Positions 19,167-27,688 of a DNA stretch of 64,000 bases are shown one piece after another. How positions within the stretch are numbered: the stretch's first letter is position 1; every line of letters begins with the position of its first letter. The notes below the pieces were generated by a model. That model made no database searches and was not told the origin of the DNA. It saw only the letters and a program-made list of their open reading frames with translations. The translations under genes and the position numbers were made by a program. The stretch comes from Terricaulis sp. (GTDB lineage Bacteria > Pseudomonadota > Alphaproteobacteria > Caulobacterales > Aquidulcibacteraceae), in contig JBGAKS010000020.1 in assembly GCA_044224285.1 (NCBI GenBank), positions 1,474 to 65,473 on the forward strand, written 5' to 3'.

Positions 19167-21406
19167 AGACGCCCGGCTGTCCGTCTGGATTGGCGCCAGC
19201 GGCCTCGGTCGACGACGCGCCGGTGGCGCGTCTCGATACATTCGTCCGGCGCGATGCGCGCGGCAATGATGTGATCGAACTCATGATAGAAGGCGCGAGC
19301 TGCGCGTCCTGCATCAAGAAGATCGAAGCCGGATTGCTGGCGCTGCCCGGCGTCGCCGACGCGCGGCTCAACCTATCGACGAAGCGCCTGCGCGTTGCAT
19401 GGGCGCCGCAAACGCTCGCGCCGGAAACCGTGGCGCAGACGCTGACCAAGCTCGGCTACAGCGCCTTGCCTTTCGATCCGGAACGGGCTCAGCAATCTGT
19501 CGACGCGGAAGGACGCTTCCTGCTTCGCTGCCTCGCCGTGGCGGGATTTGGCGCGATGAACATCATGATGTTCACGACGCCGATCTGGTTCGGCGACGAC
19601 ATGGGCGACAATGCGCGGACGTTGCTGCACTGGTTCTCGGCGCTGGTTGCCGTGCCAACCGGTCTTTACGCCGCCCAGCCTTTTTTCCGCTCGGCCTGGA
19701 AGGCGTTGCGCAATTGGCGCGCCAACATGGACGTGCCGATCTCGCTGGCGGTGTTTCTCACGTTCGGCATGAGCATCGCCGAAACCATGAGAGGCGGGCC
19801 GCACACCTATTTCGACGGCATTACGATGCTGCTCTTCTTCCTGCTGATCGGGCGCTATCTCGATCATCGGTTGCGTGAGCGTGCGCGTACGGCCGCGCGA
19901 GAGATTCTCGCTCTGCAAGCCGTGACGGCCCGGCGGGTGGACGCCGAAGGTAAGATCGAAGCGATCGCCAGCCGCGATATCGCGATCGGCGATCGTTTGC
20001 TGTTGGCCGCCGGCGAGCGCGCTGCGTGTGACGGTGTCATCGTCGAAGGATCGACGGATCTCGATTGCTCGATGCTGACCGGAGAAACATTGCCGGTCGC
20101 GGCGCGCCCTGGTGACCGCATCCTCGCTGGCGCCATCAATGTCAGCCGACCGCTCACGATGCGCGCCGAGGCCAAGGCGGAAGATTCCGCGGTCGCCGAA
20201 CTCGCGCGCCTCATTGAAGTCAGCGAACAGGGGCGCGGACGTTTTGTGCGTTTGGCGGACAAAGCCGCTTCTCTTTATGTCCCGGTCGTGCACGGCGCCG
20301 CGGCGTTGACGTTTTTGGGCTGGCTCATCGGCCCGCTTTTGCTTCAGGCGCTGGGTTTTGAAGTGGGGGCGCCGGACGTTCGTGTGGCGCTCACCAACGC
20401 GATCGCCGTGCTCATCATTACGTGCCCTTGCGCGCTTGGGCTGGCTGTGCCGGCGGTGCAGGTGGTGGCGACGGGGCGCTTGTTCAAAGCCGGCGTGCTG
20501 GTGCGGTCGGGCGATGCACTCGAACGGTTCGCGCAGGTCGATATGGTCGTGTTCGACAAGACCGGCACGCTTACCCTTGGCAAGCCGAAGCTGACCTCCA
20601 CGCCGAATGAGGCCGATCTCGTTGCCGCCGCATCGCTGGCGCGTGTTTCGCGTCATCCGCTATCGCGCGCGTTGGTCGAGGCGGCAGGCGCCGGCGTCGC
20701 TTGTGCTGGCGCTATCGAGGTTCCCGGCGAAGGCGTGAAAGGCCTTATCGACGGCAAAGAGGCGCGTCTCGGCAAACGTAGCTTCGCGGCGCCGCTTGCG
20801 GCTGACAGCAGCGACGGCGCGCCAGAATTGTGGTTCGCGCGTGAAGGCCAGGCTCCCGTGCGCTTCATGTTCGCCGATGAGCTTCGGCCGGACGCCGTGC
20901 GCGCGGTGGCGGCGCTGAAGGCGCGCGGCATTGGCGTGGAGATGCTGTCCGGCGATCGCGCTCAAGCGGCGGAAGTCGCCGCAAGAGCTGTCGGCATCGA
21001 AGATTGGCGCTCGTCGGTGACGCCCGCCCAGAAGACGGCGCGGATGCAAGCCCTGCGCGGGCTTGGCAAGCGGCCGCTCATGGTGGGGGATGGTCTGAAC
21101 GACGCCGCCGCACTTGCGGCCGCGCATGCCTCGGCCTCGCCAGGCCACGCCGTGGAAGCAAGTCAAGCGGCTGCGGATGTCGTGCTCCAAGGCGATGCGC
21201 TAATGGGCTTGGTGGAGGCGATCGACGTCGCGCGGCTCGCGCGCAGGCGCGCGCGGCAAAATCTGGCTTTCTCTGCGCTCTACAATGTGTTTGCGGCGCC
21301 GCTTGCGGCCGCTGGATTGCTTACGCCGCTGATCGCGGCGGCGGCGATGTCTGGCTCTTCGTTGGTGGTCACGCTCAACGCGCTGCGAATGAAAGGTAAG
21401 GCATGA
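19148..21406 (+). CDS. ccoI: copper-translocating P1B-type ATPase CcoI/FixI
   Basis: N-terminal CxxC metal-binding domain (CASCIKK), CPC in the TM region, DKTGTLT and GDGLNDA. Confidence 0.95.
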   Translation: MALDTLETPGCPSGLAPAASVDDAPVARLDTFVRRDARGNDVIELMIEGASCASCIKKIEAGLLALPGVADARLNLSTKRLRVAWAPQTLAPETVAQTLTKLGYSALPFDPERAQQSVDAEGRFLLRCLAVAGFGAMNIMMFTTPIWFGDDMGDNARTLLHWFSALVAVPTGLYAAQPFFRSAWKALRNWRANMDVPISLAVFLTFGMSIAETMRGGPHTYFDGITMLLFFLLIGRYLDHRLRERARTAAREILALQAVTARRVDAEGKIEAIASRDIAIGDRLLLAAGERAACDGVIVEGSTDLDCSMLTGETLPVAARPGDRILAGAINVSRPLTMRAEAKAEDSAVAELARLIEVSEQGRGRFVRLADKAASLYVPVVHGAAALTFLGWLIGPLLLQALGFEVGAPDVRVALTNAIAVLIITCPCALGLAVPAVQVVATGRLFKAGVLVRSGDALERFAQVDMVVFDKTGTLTLGKPKLTSTPNEADLVAAASLARVSRHPLSRALVEAAGAGVACAGAIEVPGEGVKGLIDGKEARLGKRSFAAPLAADSSDGAPELWFAREGQAPVRFMFADELRPDAVRAVAALKARGIGVEMLSGDRAQAAEVAARAVGIEDWRSSVTPAQKTARMQALRGLGKRPLMVGDGLNDAAALAAAHASASPGHAVEASQAAADVVLQGDALMGLVEAIDVARLARRRARQNLAFSALYNVFAAPLAAAGLLTPLIAAAAMSGSSLVVTLNALRMKGKA

Positions 21407-21549
21407 ACCTGCTTATCTTCCTCGCGCCGGCCGCATTGCTGATGGGCGCCATTGGCCTGGCGGCGTTCTTATGGAGTCTGCGCGCCGGCCAATACGATGA
21501 CCTCGAAGGCGCGGCGCATCGCGTGCTGATCGACGACGACGACGAGTGA
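21403..21549 (+). CDS. ccoS: cbb3 oxidase maturation protein CcoS/FixS (48 aa)
   Basis: Own translation: MNLLIFLAPAALLMGAIGLAAFLWSLRAGQYDDLEGAAHRVLIDDDDE. Matches the CcoS pattern (W-x3-GQ[FY]DDL). ATGA overlap with ccoI. Confidence 0.85.
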   Translation: MNLLIFLAPAALLMGAIGLAAFLWSLRAGQYDDLEGAAHRVLIDDDDE

Positions 21550-21556
21550 CGCCGCT

Positions 21557-21570
21557 TTGAGCGAACGCAA
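21557..21570. promoter_or_regulatory. weak FixK/FNR-like site TTGAGCGAACGCAA
   Basis: TTGA-N6-GCAA, sharing the CGCAA right half with the ccoN site. Lies 36 nt upstream of the ATG at 21606. Confidence 0.3.
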
Positions 21571-21605
21571 GACGCTACGCTCCGCCGGTGCTCGAATAGC
21601 GGAAG

Positions 21606-22004
21606 ATGGAGCAACACATGTCGCAAGATTTACCAGCCAACTTCCGGCGCGTCCGCCTCGAACTGGCGCGCGAGAAAGGACATCCTGAAGGCGACGCAGG
21701 CATCGGTTATACGCTGTTGGCGCCCCTCAATGCGGACGGATCGCTCGATGTCGATACGGCGCGGAATTATCGCGAGCGCTGCAAGGTCATTCGGTTCAAG
21801 CAAGGCGAGTCATCAACCGAAGGCTATCTGCGCCGGCGTCCCGGAGGGTCGTGGGCATTCCATTATGAACTCTCCGATGGCCGCGAGGACGACGACCCCG
21901 GCGTCAGATTCGAACGCCACCACTTCAACATTGGCGACTACGTGACGATCCTCGAAGACGAGGGCGCGCATACCTACCAAGTCGCCTCTGTTGAACGTCC
22001 TTAA
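21606..22004 (+). CDS. hypothetical protein (132 aa), no family recognised
   Basis: ORF with normal composition: MEQHMSQDLPANFRRVRLELAREKGHPEGD...GDYVTILEDEGAHTYQVASVERP. An alternative start is ATG 21618. Confidence 0.55.
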   Translation: MEQHMSQDLPANFRRVRLELAREKGHPEGDAGIGYTLLAPLNADGSLDVDTARNYRERCKVIRFKQGESSTEGYLRRRPGGSWAFHYELSDGREDDDPGVRFERHHFNIGDYVTILEDEGAHTYQVASVERP

Positions 22005-22031
22005 AGGCCCGGACCGGTCTCCCTTACGGCA

Positions 22032-22045
22032 TTGATTTGAATCAA
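22032..22045. promoter_or_regulatory. FixK/FNR-type box TTGATTTGAATCAA (perfect)
   Basis: Perfect palindrome, 58 nt upstream of the ATG at 22103. Confidence 0.7.
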
Positions 22046-22102
22046 TGCGAACCGGGTGAGCGCGCTAAAGTTGACGCCGGCGTCATTTTTGGAGAGAATT
22101 TC

Positions 22103-23221
22103 ATGCGCGTCACCATCGTTGAATCGCCGCCTCAGGCTGTCCGGACGTTTCCAACGCCTGACGCAAGCGCGCTCACCCAAGAAGATGTCGAGACGATCCG
22201 AGAGATTTTTCACACGCCGCTGACCGGCTCATTCAACTGGGATTACGATAGCGCCAACGCAAAAATTCGCCGGCTCTACGAACTTGGCAAGGCCCACAAC
22301 TGGAACACGACGGTTGACGTCGATTGGGACCTTCCCTGCGATCTCAACGATTTTCCCGCCGATCCGGAGCTGAGCGCGCTGCGCGGCTTCCCGGCGTACG
22401 AGGCGCTGAGCCACGAAGAGAAGGTGCAGTTCGCGTGGAAGGCGCACGCGCAAACAATGAGCCAGTTCCTACATGGCGAGCAGGGGGCGATGTTGGTCGC
22501 GTCGCAGCTCGTCTCCTGCGCGCCGACGGCCGACGCCAAGCTTTATGCTTCGTCGCAGACCTTTGACGAGGCGCGCCATGTCGAAGTCTTCAACGCGTAT
22601 CTGCGGCGCCGCTGCCGTATGGTCTATCCGATCAACAAGAATCTGAAGGCCTTGATCGACAAGGTGCTGGCCGATGAACGCTGGGACCTGAAGTTCATTG
22701 GCATGCAGATCATCATCGAAGGTTTGGCGCTGGCGGCGTTCGGCGCTCAGATTCGCACCACGCGCGATCCGCTGCTGAAACAAGTGCTTGAGCTTGTGAT
22801 GCGGGATGAAGGCCGCCACGTAGCGTTCGGCGTCAATTATCTTGAGGATTGGATCAAGGCGCTGCCGGAGAATGAGATCGAGGATCGCGCCGAGTTTGCC
22901 TATCAAGCCTGCCTGGTCATGCGCGACCGGCTCTTCGGCATGGACGTAATGCGCGAGTATGGCTTCGACGAAGAGGCCGCGCGTAAGCACATCTTTGACT
23001 CCACGGTCATCGGCCTGTTCCGCGACCTTCTGTTCGAGCGCATCATGCCCAATCTGAAGCGCGTTGGCTTGCTGACGGATAAGGTGCGCCCGAAATACGA
23101 AGCGCTGGGCGCGCTCCGTTACGAGGACATGGCGGGCGATGTCATGATCGACTGGGCGCAGCTTGAGCGGCCATTGCCGACCAAGCAGAACCTCGAAGCG
23201 GCGCGCACCGCCGCGGAATGA
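22103..23221 (+). CDS. ferritin-like di-iron carboxylate protein (putative di-iron oxygenase)
   Basis: Start at ATG 22103 (GGAGAG upstream). Ligand pattern E (HGEQGA), ExxH (DEARH), E (IIEGLA), ExxH (DEGRH), typical of four-helix-bundle di-iron enzymes. Confidence 0.65.
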   Translation: MRVTIVESPPQAVRTFPTPDASALTQEDVETIREIFHTPLTGSFNWDYDSANAKIRRLYELGKAHNWNTTVDVDWDLPCDLNDFPADPELSALRGFPAYEALSHEEKVQFAWKAHAQTMSQFLHGEQGAMLVASQLVSCAPTADAKLYASSQTFDEARHVEVFNAYLRRRCRMVYPINKNLKALIDKVLADERWDLKFIGMQIIIEGLALAAFGAQIRTTRDPLLKQVLELVMRDEGRHVAFGVNYLEDWIKALPENEIEDRAEFAYQACLVMRDRLFGMDVMREYGFDEEAARKHIFDSTVIGLFRDLLFERIMPNLKRVGLLTDKVRPKYEALGALRYEDMAGDVMIDWAQLERPLPTKQNLEAARTAAE

Positions 23222-23242
23222 AGTCACGATACCCGCCGCGGA

Positions 23243-23256
23243 TTGAGCTAGATCAA
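23243..23256. promoter_or_regulatory. FixK/FNR-type box TTGAGCTAGATCAA
   Basis: TTGA-N6-TCAA, 49 nt upstream of the SDR ATG. It sits in the loop of the inverted repeat CCCGCCGC / GCGGCGGG (23232-23239 / 23261-23268). Confidence 0.55.
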
Positions 23257-23304
23257 GCCTGCGGCGGGACGTTGGCGCAATGTGCTCCAAAGTAGGAGCG
23301 CGTC

Positions 23305-24072
23305 ATGGGTCGGGTCTCTGGCAAGACGGCAATTGTAACGGGCGCGAGCCTCGGTCTTGGCCGCGCCGCGGCGGCAATGCTTGCGCGCGAGGGCGCGCGT
23401 GTCGTCTTGACCGACCTTCGCCGCGACGAGGGCGCGGAGCTTGCCGATCAGCTTGTTTCGAGCGGCGGCGAAGCGATTTTTCTCAACCACGATGTCGCCA
23501 GCGAAGATGATTGGCGGCGTGTTATCGCCAGCACCATCAGCCGCTTCGGCGGCGTCGACGTTCTCGTCAACAATGCGGGCGTGGCGCTGAGCGCCAGCGT
23601 CGAAGATACGACGCTTGAGCAATGGCGTTGGCTCATGTCGATCAATCTCGATGGCGTCTTTCTCGGTGTAAAGCACGCCGTCGGCGCGATGAAGGTCAAA
23701 GGCGGATCGATCATCAACCTGTCTTCGATCGAAGGTTTGATCGGAGATCCCAACCTCGCCGCCTACAACGCGAGCAAGGGCGGCGTGCGCTTGTTGACGA
23801 AGTCGGCTGCGCTTTCATGCGCGAAGGCCGGCTATCGCATTCGCGTGAATTCAATCCATCCGGGCTACATCGATACGCCGATGGTGACTGCCTACGCGAA
23901 TGCGCAGCCCGATCCCGAAGCTGCGCGAATGGCGATCGCGGCTCTCCATCCGCTGGGTCATATCGGCGAACCGAACGATATCGCCTACGGCGTGCTCTAT
24001 CTCGCATCCGACGAAAGCAAGTTCGTGACCGGCACGGAACTTGTGATCGATGGCGGCTACACGGCGCAGTGA
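23305..24072 (+). CDS. short-chain dehydrogenase/reductase (SDR)
   Basis: TGASLGLG Rossmann motif, NNAG, and the S...YNASK catalytic motif. Confidence 0.9.
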   Translation: MGRVSGKTAIVTGASLGLGRAAAAMLAREGARVVLTDLRRDEGAELADQLVSSGGEAIFLNHDVASEDDWRRVIASTISRFGGVDVLVNNAGVALSASVEDTTLEQWRWLMSINLDGVFLGVKHAVGAMKVKGGSIINLSSIEGLIGDPNLAAYNASKGGVRLLTKSAALSCAKAGYRIRVNSIHPGYIDTPMVTAYANAQPDPEAARMAIAALHPLGHIGEPNDIAYGVLYLASDESKFVTGTELVIDGGYTAQ

Positions 24073-24542
24073 TGACCGAACCAGAAGCCGCGCCGCCGAT
24101 GCGCGGGAAATCTCGGATTGTCGCGACCGCGGCGCTCTACTTTCTTCTGGTGTTTGCCGTTGGCTTGTTGCTTGGCCCGATACGAGTGCTCTGGCTTGAG
24201 CCGGTGCTTGGGCAGACCTTCGCGGTTCTCTGCGAGACGCCGTTCCTGATCGGCGCAATGATTCTGGCCGCGAGGTGGGCGCCACGTTGGACCAAGCTCG
24301 ATGGCGGTTGGCTTTCTTATGCGGCGGTTGGCTTGCTGGCGCTCGTGCTCCAGCAGCTCGCCGATCTTGCGGTCGGCTTTGGATTGCGCGGCATGACGCT
24401 CAGCGACCAGCTGGCGTTCTTCTCGACGCCGCCTGGCTTTATCTACGCCGCCGATCTGATTTTCTTTGCGGTCGCCCCGATCTTCGTGCGTCAACGGCGG
24501 CGCGTTGCGGCGGATCAAGACGCTCCGCCGCCTGCGCCGTAG
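24072..24542 (+). CDS. hypothetical membrane protein
   Basis: ATG overlaps the SDR stop (TGATG). About 4 hydrophobic helices (IVATAALYFLLVFAVGLLLG...). Confidence 0.55.
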   Translation: MTEPEAAPPMRGKSRIVATAALYFLLVFAVGLLLGPIRVLWLEPVLGQTFAVLCETPFLIGAMILAARWAPRWTKLDGGWLSYAAVGLLALVLQQLADLAVGFGLRGMTLSDQLAFFSTPPGFIYAADLIFFAVAPIFVRQRRRVAADQDAPPPAP

Positions 24543-24564
24543 AGCCAAAAACGAGGAGATGAAC

Positions 24565-25116
24565 ATGCTCGCTTCAGGTCGCGCCGCGGTGTTGGCGCTG
24601 TTGTTTGCGTTGGGCGTTTCCGGTTGTGCGAGTGTGTATCACGCGCGCGATCGCGGCTCCGAGGATGGGTACTCTGAGCGCCAGCTGGAGGCCACGCGCT
24701 GGCGGGTGGAATATGTCGGCGATGAGATCGCCTCGCGGGAGCAGGTGGACAATTTCCTGTTGCTGCGCGCGGCGGAGGTTACGCTCGCCAGCGGCTATGA
24801 GTGGTTCACGCCGTCCGAGCATGAGAGTGAGGCGCAAGAAGAGCTGGTCGTTACCGGCGCGCGGCGCGAGCATCCGGCCGTATGGCGCCCAATGTGGCGC
24901 GAGCGTCATGGCCGCTTTCATTGGACCGATTGGATGGAGCCGGGAGCGTCACCGCACGATGAAGAAGCAGAGGCGGCTCCGAGGTCCTATACTGTTCAAC
25001 GTTACGCGGCGCGCGAGGAAATTCTTCTTGGCCGAGGCCAACGTCCCGATGAAGCCTTCGACGCCCAAAGTGTGATAACGAGGTTGGCGCCGGAGCGGCA
25101 GCGGACGCGGCGCTAG
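24565..25116 (+). CDS. hypothetical lipoprotein
   Basis: Lipobox LGVSGC. GAGGAG lies 6 nt upstream of ATG 24565 (an in-frame ATG at 24559 is also possible). Confidence 0.6.
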   Translation: MLASGRAAVLALLFALGVSGCASVYHARDRGSEDGYSERQLEATRWRVEYVGDEIASREQVDNFLLLRAAEVTLASGYEWFTPSEHESEAQEELVVTGARREHPAVWRPMWRERHGRFHWTDWMEPGASPHDEEAEAAPRSYTVQRYAAREEILLGRGQRPDEAFDAQSVITRLAPERQRTRR

Positions 25117-25144
25117 CTCGGGGCGATGCTGGATCGGAGAAGAC

Positions 25145-25837
25145 ATGGCGCACGCCCAGGAAAGGCACGCTGTCGCGAGAATCGGTTGGTTGCGTGCAGC
25201 GGTTCTGGGCGCCAATGACGGGATCGTTTCCACCTCAAGCTTGATCGTCGGTGTGGCCGCGGCAGGCGCCGACAAAGGCGCGGTGTTGCTGGCGGGCTTT
25301 GCTGGGCTCGTCGCCGGCGCGATGTCGATGGCCGCGGGCGAGTACGTGTCGGTGAGTTCGCAATCGGACGCCGAACGCGCGGATCTGCAACGCGAAGCCG
25401 CCGAGTTGCGCACCGATCCGGTCTTCGAACTCAACGAACTGGCGCAGATTTATGAGGCGCGCGGCGTGGAGCCCAAGCTGGCGCGCGAAGTCGCCCAACA
25501 ATTGATGGCCAAGGATGCGCTTGGCGCACACGCACGCGATGAACTTGGGATCAACGAAATCACGCGCGCGCGGCCGTTCCAGGCAGCGCTCTCCTCGGCG
25601 TTGTCGTTTAGCGGAGGCGCGGCGATATCGATGTTGCCGGTGATGCTTGCGCCGCGCGGCGTGCTTGAGATCGCCTCGGTTTCCGCGTCGCTCGTGGCGC
25701 TCGCGTTGCTCGGGGCGCTGGCCGCGGCTGGCGGCAGCGCTTCACCGGTTCGTCCGATCGCGCGCATCCTCTTTTGGGGCGCCGCCGCGATGGTCGCCAC
25801 CGCAATAGCGGGGCGGCTTTTTGGCGCTATCGTCTAG
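25145..25837 (+). CDS. VIT1/CCC1-family iron/manganese transporter
   Basis: LRAAVLGANDGIVSTSSLIVGVAAA and SMAAGEYVSVSSQ motifs. C-terminal TM bundle. Confidence 0.8.
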   Translation: MAHAQERHAVARIGWLRAAVLGANDGIVSTSSLIVGVAAAGADKGAVLLAGFAGLVAGAMSMAAGEYVSVSSQSDAERADLQREAAELRTDPVFELNELAQIYEARGVEPKLAREVAQQLMAKDALGAHARDELGINEITRARPFQAALSSALSFSGGAAISMLPVMLAPRGVLEIASVSASLVALALLGALAAAGGSASPVRPIARILFWGAAAMVATAIAGRLFGAIV

Positions 25838-25853
25838 CGGCGACAGCACGGAC

Positions 25854-25867
25854 TTGCGCTGAATCAA
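25854..25867. promoter_or_regulatory. FixK/FNR-like site TTGCGCTGAATCAA
   Basis: One perfect half-site, 48 nt upstream of the USP ATG at 25915. Confidence 0.45.
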
Positions 25868-25914
25868 CGCCTATCGCCGGCTGCGGATCAAGCTGCATGC
25901 TCATGGAGGCGATC

Positions 25915-26757
25915 ATGAGCTTCACCGACATCATTGGCTGTGTGCTGAACACCAAGGACGATGAGCCTGTACTGGCGGCCCTTGAAGAACTTGCGGGTGA
26001 CGCCGGCCGCGCCGTCGCGGTTCTCTTCGGTGTTCTTCCCGATCCTGTTTACACGACGGCCGAAGGCGTGCTCGTGACCGGCCTCTGGACCGAGGTGCTG
26101 GCGACGATTCGAAGCGATTTTGCGAAAGAACGGCGCGAGCTAGAGCAACGTTGCCGGCGTGCGGCGTTTCCGCTGGAGATACGAGCATTGGAAAGTGCGG
26201 CGGCGCTTCTAGGCAACGAGGCGGCGGTGCAGGCGCGTCACGCCGATCTCTGCGTGATGCTGCGGCCGAAGGGCGCGAAGTCGGAAGCCGACCGCATTGC
26301 GATGTTTGAACAAGTGCTGTTTGGCTCGGGCCGGCCGGTGCTCTTGGTTCCGCCCAACTGGAAACGCACCGCCATTGGCCGCAACGTCGTCGTGGGGTGG
26401 AATGGCAAGCGCGAGGCCGCGCGCGCGATAGTTGACGCCACGCCGTTCTTGGAGCGCGCGGAAAAGGTGGTGGTGGCCGCCGTTGACGCCAAGCCCGATA
26501 CCGACGGGTGTGGCGAAGCGCCGGGCGTGGACATCACCGCTCACCTCGCACGTAAGAAGATTCGTGCGGAACTTTGCAATGTCGATGGCCTTGGCCGTTC
26601 GCACGGCGAGGCGTTGCTCGCCGAAGCGCGCACCAGAGAAGCCGATCTCATTGTCATTGGCGGCTACGGCCGCCCCAGGCTGAGCGAGTGGATATTCGGC
26701 GGTGTAACGCGCGAGATTCTGGAGCGGGCGGAGACGCCGGTTCTCATCTCCCACTAA
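25915..26757 (+). CDS. universal stress protein (tandem USP domains)
   Basis: Start ATG 25915 (GGAGG 7 nt upstream). C-terminal ADLIVIGGYGRPRLSEWIFGGVTREILERAETPVLISH is the USP ATP-binding motif. Confidence 0.8.
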   Translation: MSFTDIIGCVLNTKDDEPVLAALEELAGDAGRAVAVLFGVLPDPVYTTAEGVLVTGLWTEVLATIRSDFAKERRELEQRCRRAAFPLEIRALESAAALLGNEAAVQARHADLCVMLRPKGAKSEADRIAMFEQVLFGSGRPVLLVPPNWKRTAIGRNVVVGWNGKREAARAIVDATPFLERAEKVVVAAVDAKPDTDGCGEAPGVDITAHLARKKIRAELCNVDGLGRSHGEALLAEARTREADLIVIGGYGRPRLSEWIFGGVTREILERAETPVLISH

Positions 26758-26789
26758 GGAAGGAGCGCCGGCGCCGCGCCGCTTTCAGA

Positions 26790-27437
26790 TTACGCGGCCT
26801 GATAGTGCATCAATGCCGAAGGGTTGCGCATCACGACGTGGCGCGAGCTGGGCAGTGCGATCGCGTGTTCGCGCTCGAATTCAGAGAACGCGCGCGAGAC
26901 CGTCTCGATGGTCAGGCCCAGATAGTCGGCGATGTCGGCGCGCGACATCGGCAGATCGAGTTCCTGCTTCGACACAAAGCGGCCAGCGAGTTCGACCAGG
27001 AAGGCGGCGACGCGTTCGCCCGCGCCTTTGCGTCCCAGCACCAGCGCGTGAGCGCGGGCCGTTGAGAGCTGCTCGGAGGTGAGCGCAAGCAGCGCGCGCG
27101 TTGCGGCTGGGTCTTCGCTCGCGGCCTTATCGAGGCAAGAGCGGCGCACCATGACAACATCACAGTTCGCCACAGCTTCGGCGGACAAGGTGTGCGCGTC
27201 GCCGATTTCGAGGCCAAAGATGTCGCCGGGGAGGTGAAAGCCCAAAATCTGGCGGCGTCCGTCGGCGGTGAAGCGCATGGTCCGAACCGCACCCGAAACG
27301 ACCCGGTAGATGTACTCGGCGTCTTCGCCTTCGCCAAAGATTTCAGCGTTGCGGCCGAAGTGCATCCGAACGCCGCGCAGACTGAGCTGGGGGCCGAAAG
27401 TGATCATGTCAGTCGAGGTGTCGAACGCGGCCTGCAT
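26790..27437 (-). CDS. fixK: Crp/Fnr-family regulator, FixK type (no N-terminal Cys cluster)
   Basis: cNMP-binding-like beta-roll and C-terminal HTH (MSRADIADYLGLTIETVSRAFSEFE). No FNR-type Cys motif. Start ATG 27437 (GGGAG upstream). Confidence 0.85.
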   Translation of the reverse strand: MQAAFDTSTDMITFGPQLSLRGVRMHFGRNAEIFGEGEDAEYIYRVVSGAVRTMRFTADGRRQILGFHLPGDIFGLEIGDAHTLSAEAVANCDVVMVRRSCLDKAASEDPAATRALLALTSEQLSTARAHALVLGRKGAGERVAAFLVELAGRFVSKQELDLPMSRADIADYLGLTIETVSRAFSEFEREHAIALPSSRHVVMRNPSALMHYQAA

Positions 27438-27604
27438 GGCAATTGCTCCCTTGATGTAGAGCAAGCTACGGCGCGCCGCGGGCACGGAAAATTCGGGATG
27501 GACGCTTAAGGAACAACACGTAGCCGTAGCGGCATAGGCCGCTCGGTCGCGTCAGATTCATCACCGGATGGCTGGATTATTGAACCTTATCGGAACGGGC
27601 CGCG

Positions 27605-27618
27605 ATGATTTGGATCAA
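27605..27618. promoter_or_regulatory. FixK/FNR-like site ATGATTTGGATCAA
   Basis: One mismatch to TTGAT-N4-ATCAA. Lies in the fixK / fixL divergent intergenic region. Confidence 0.45.
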
Positions 27619-27688
27619 TAGTGCGCCTGGAGCTTGCCCCTGGTCTGCTCTAGATAGGCTCCCCGATGACGGATGAGAGCAGCCGGCG

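Noticed and set aside
19373-20656. 427-aa minus-strand ORF inside ccoI; also 36065..37213, 36811..37884, 38983..39900, 54988..55926 and similar
   Set aside because: All are antisense to strongly supported genes (P-type ATPase, RND/MFP, OMF, E1). All have Arg-rich shadow-frame composition.
22037-22102. Upstream extension of the di-iron protein ORF (TTG start at 22037)
   Set aside because: The TTG lies inside the FNR-box palindrome. ATG 22103 has a GGAGAG SD and leaves room for a promoter.
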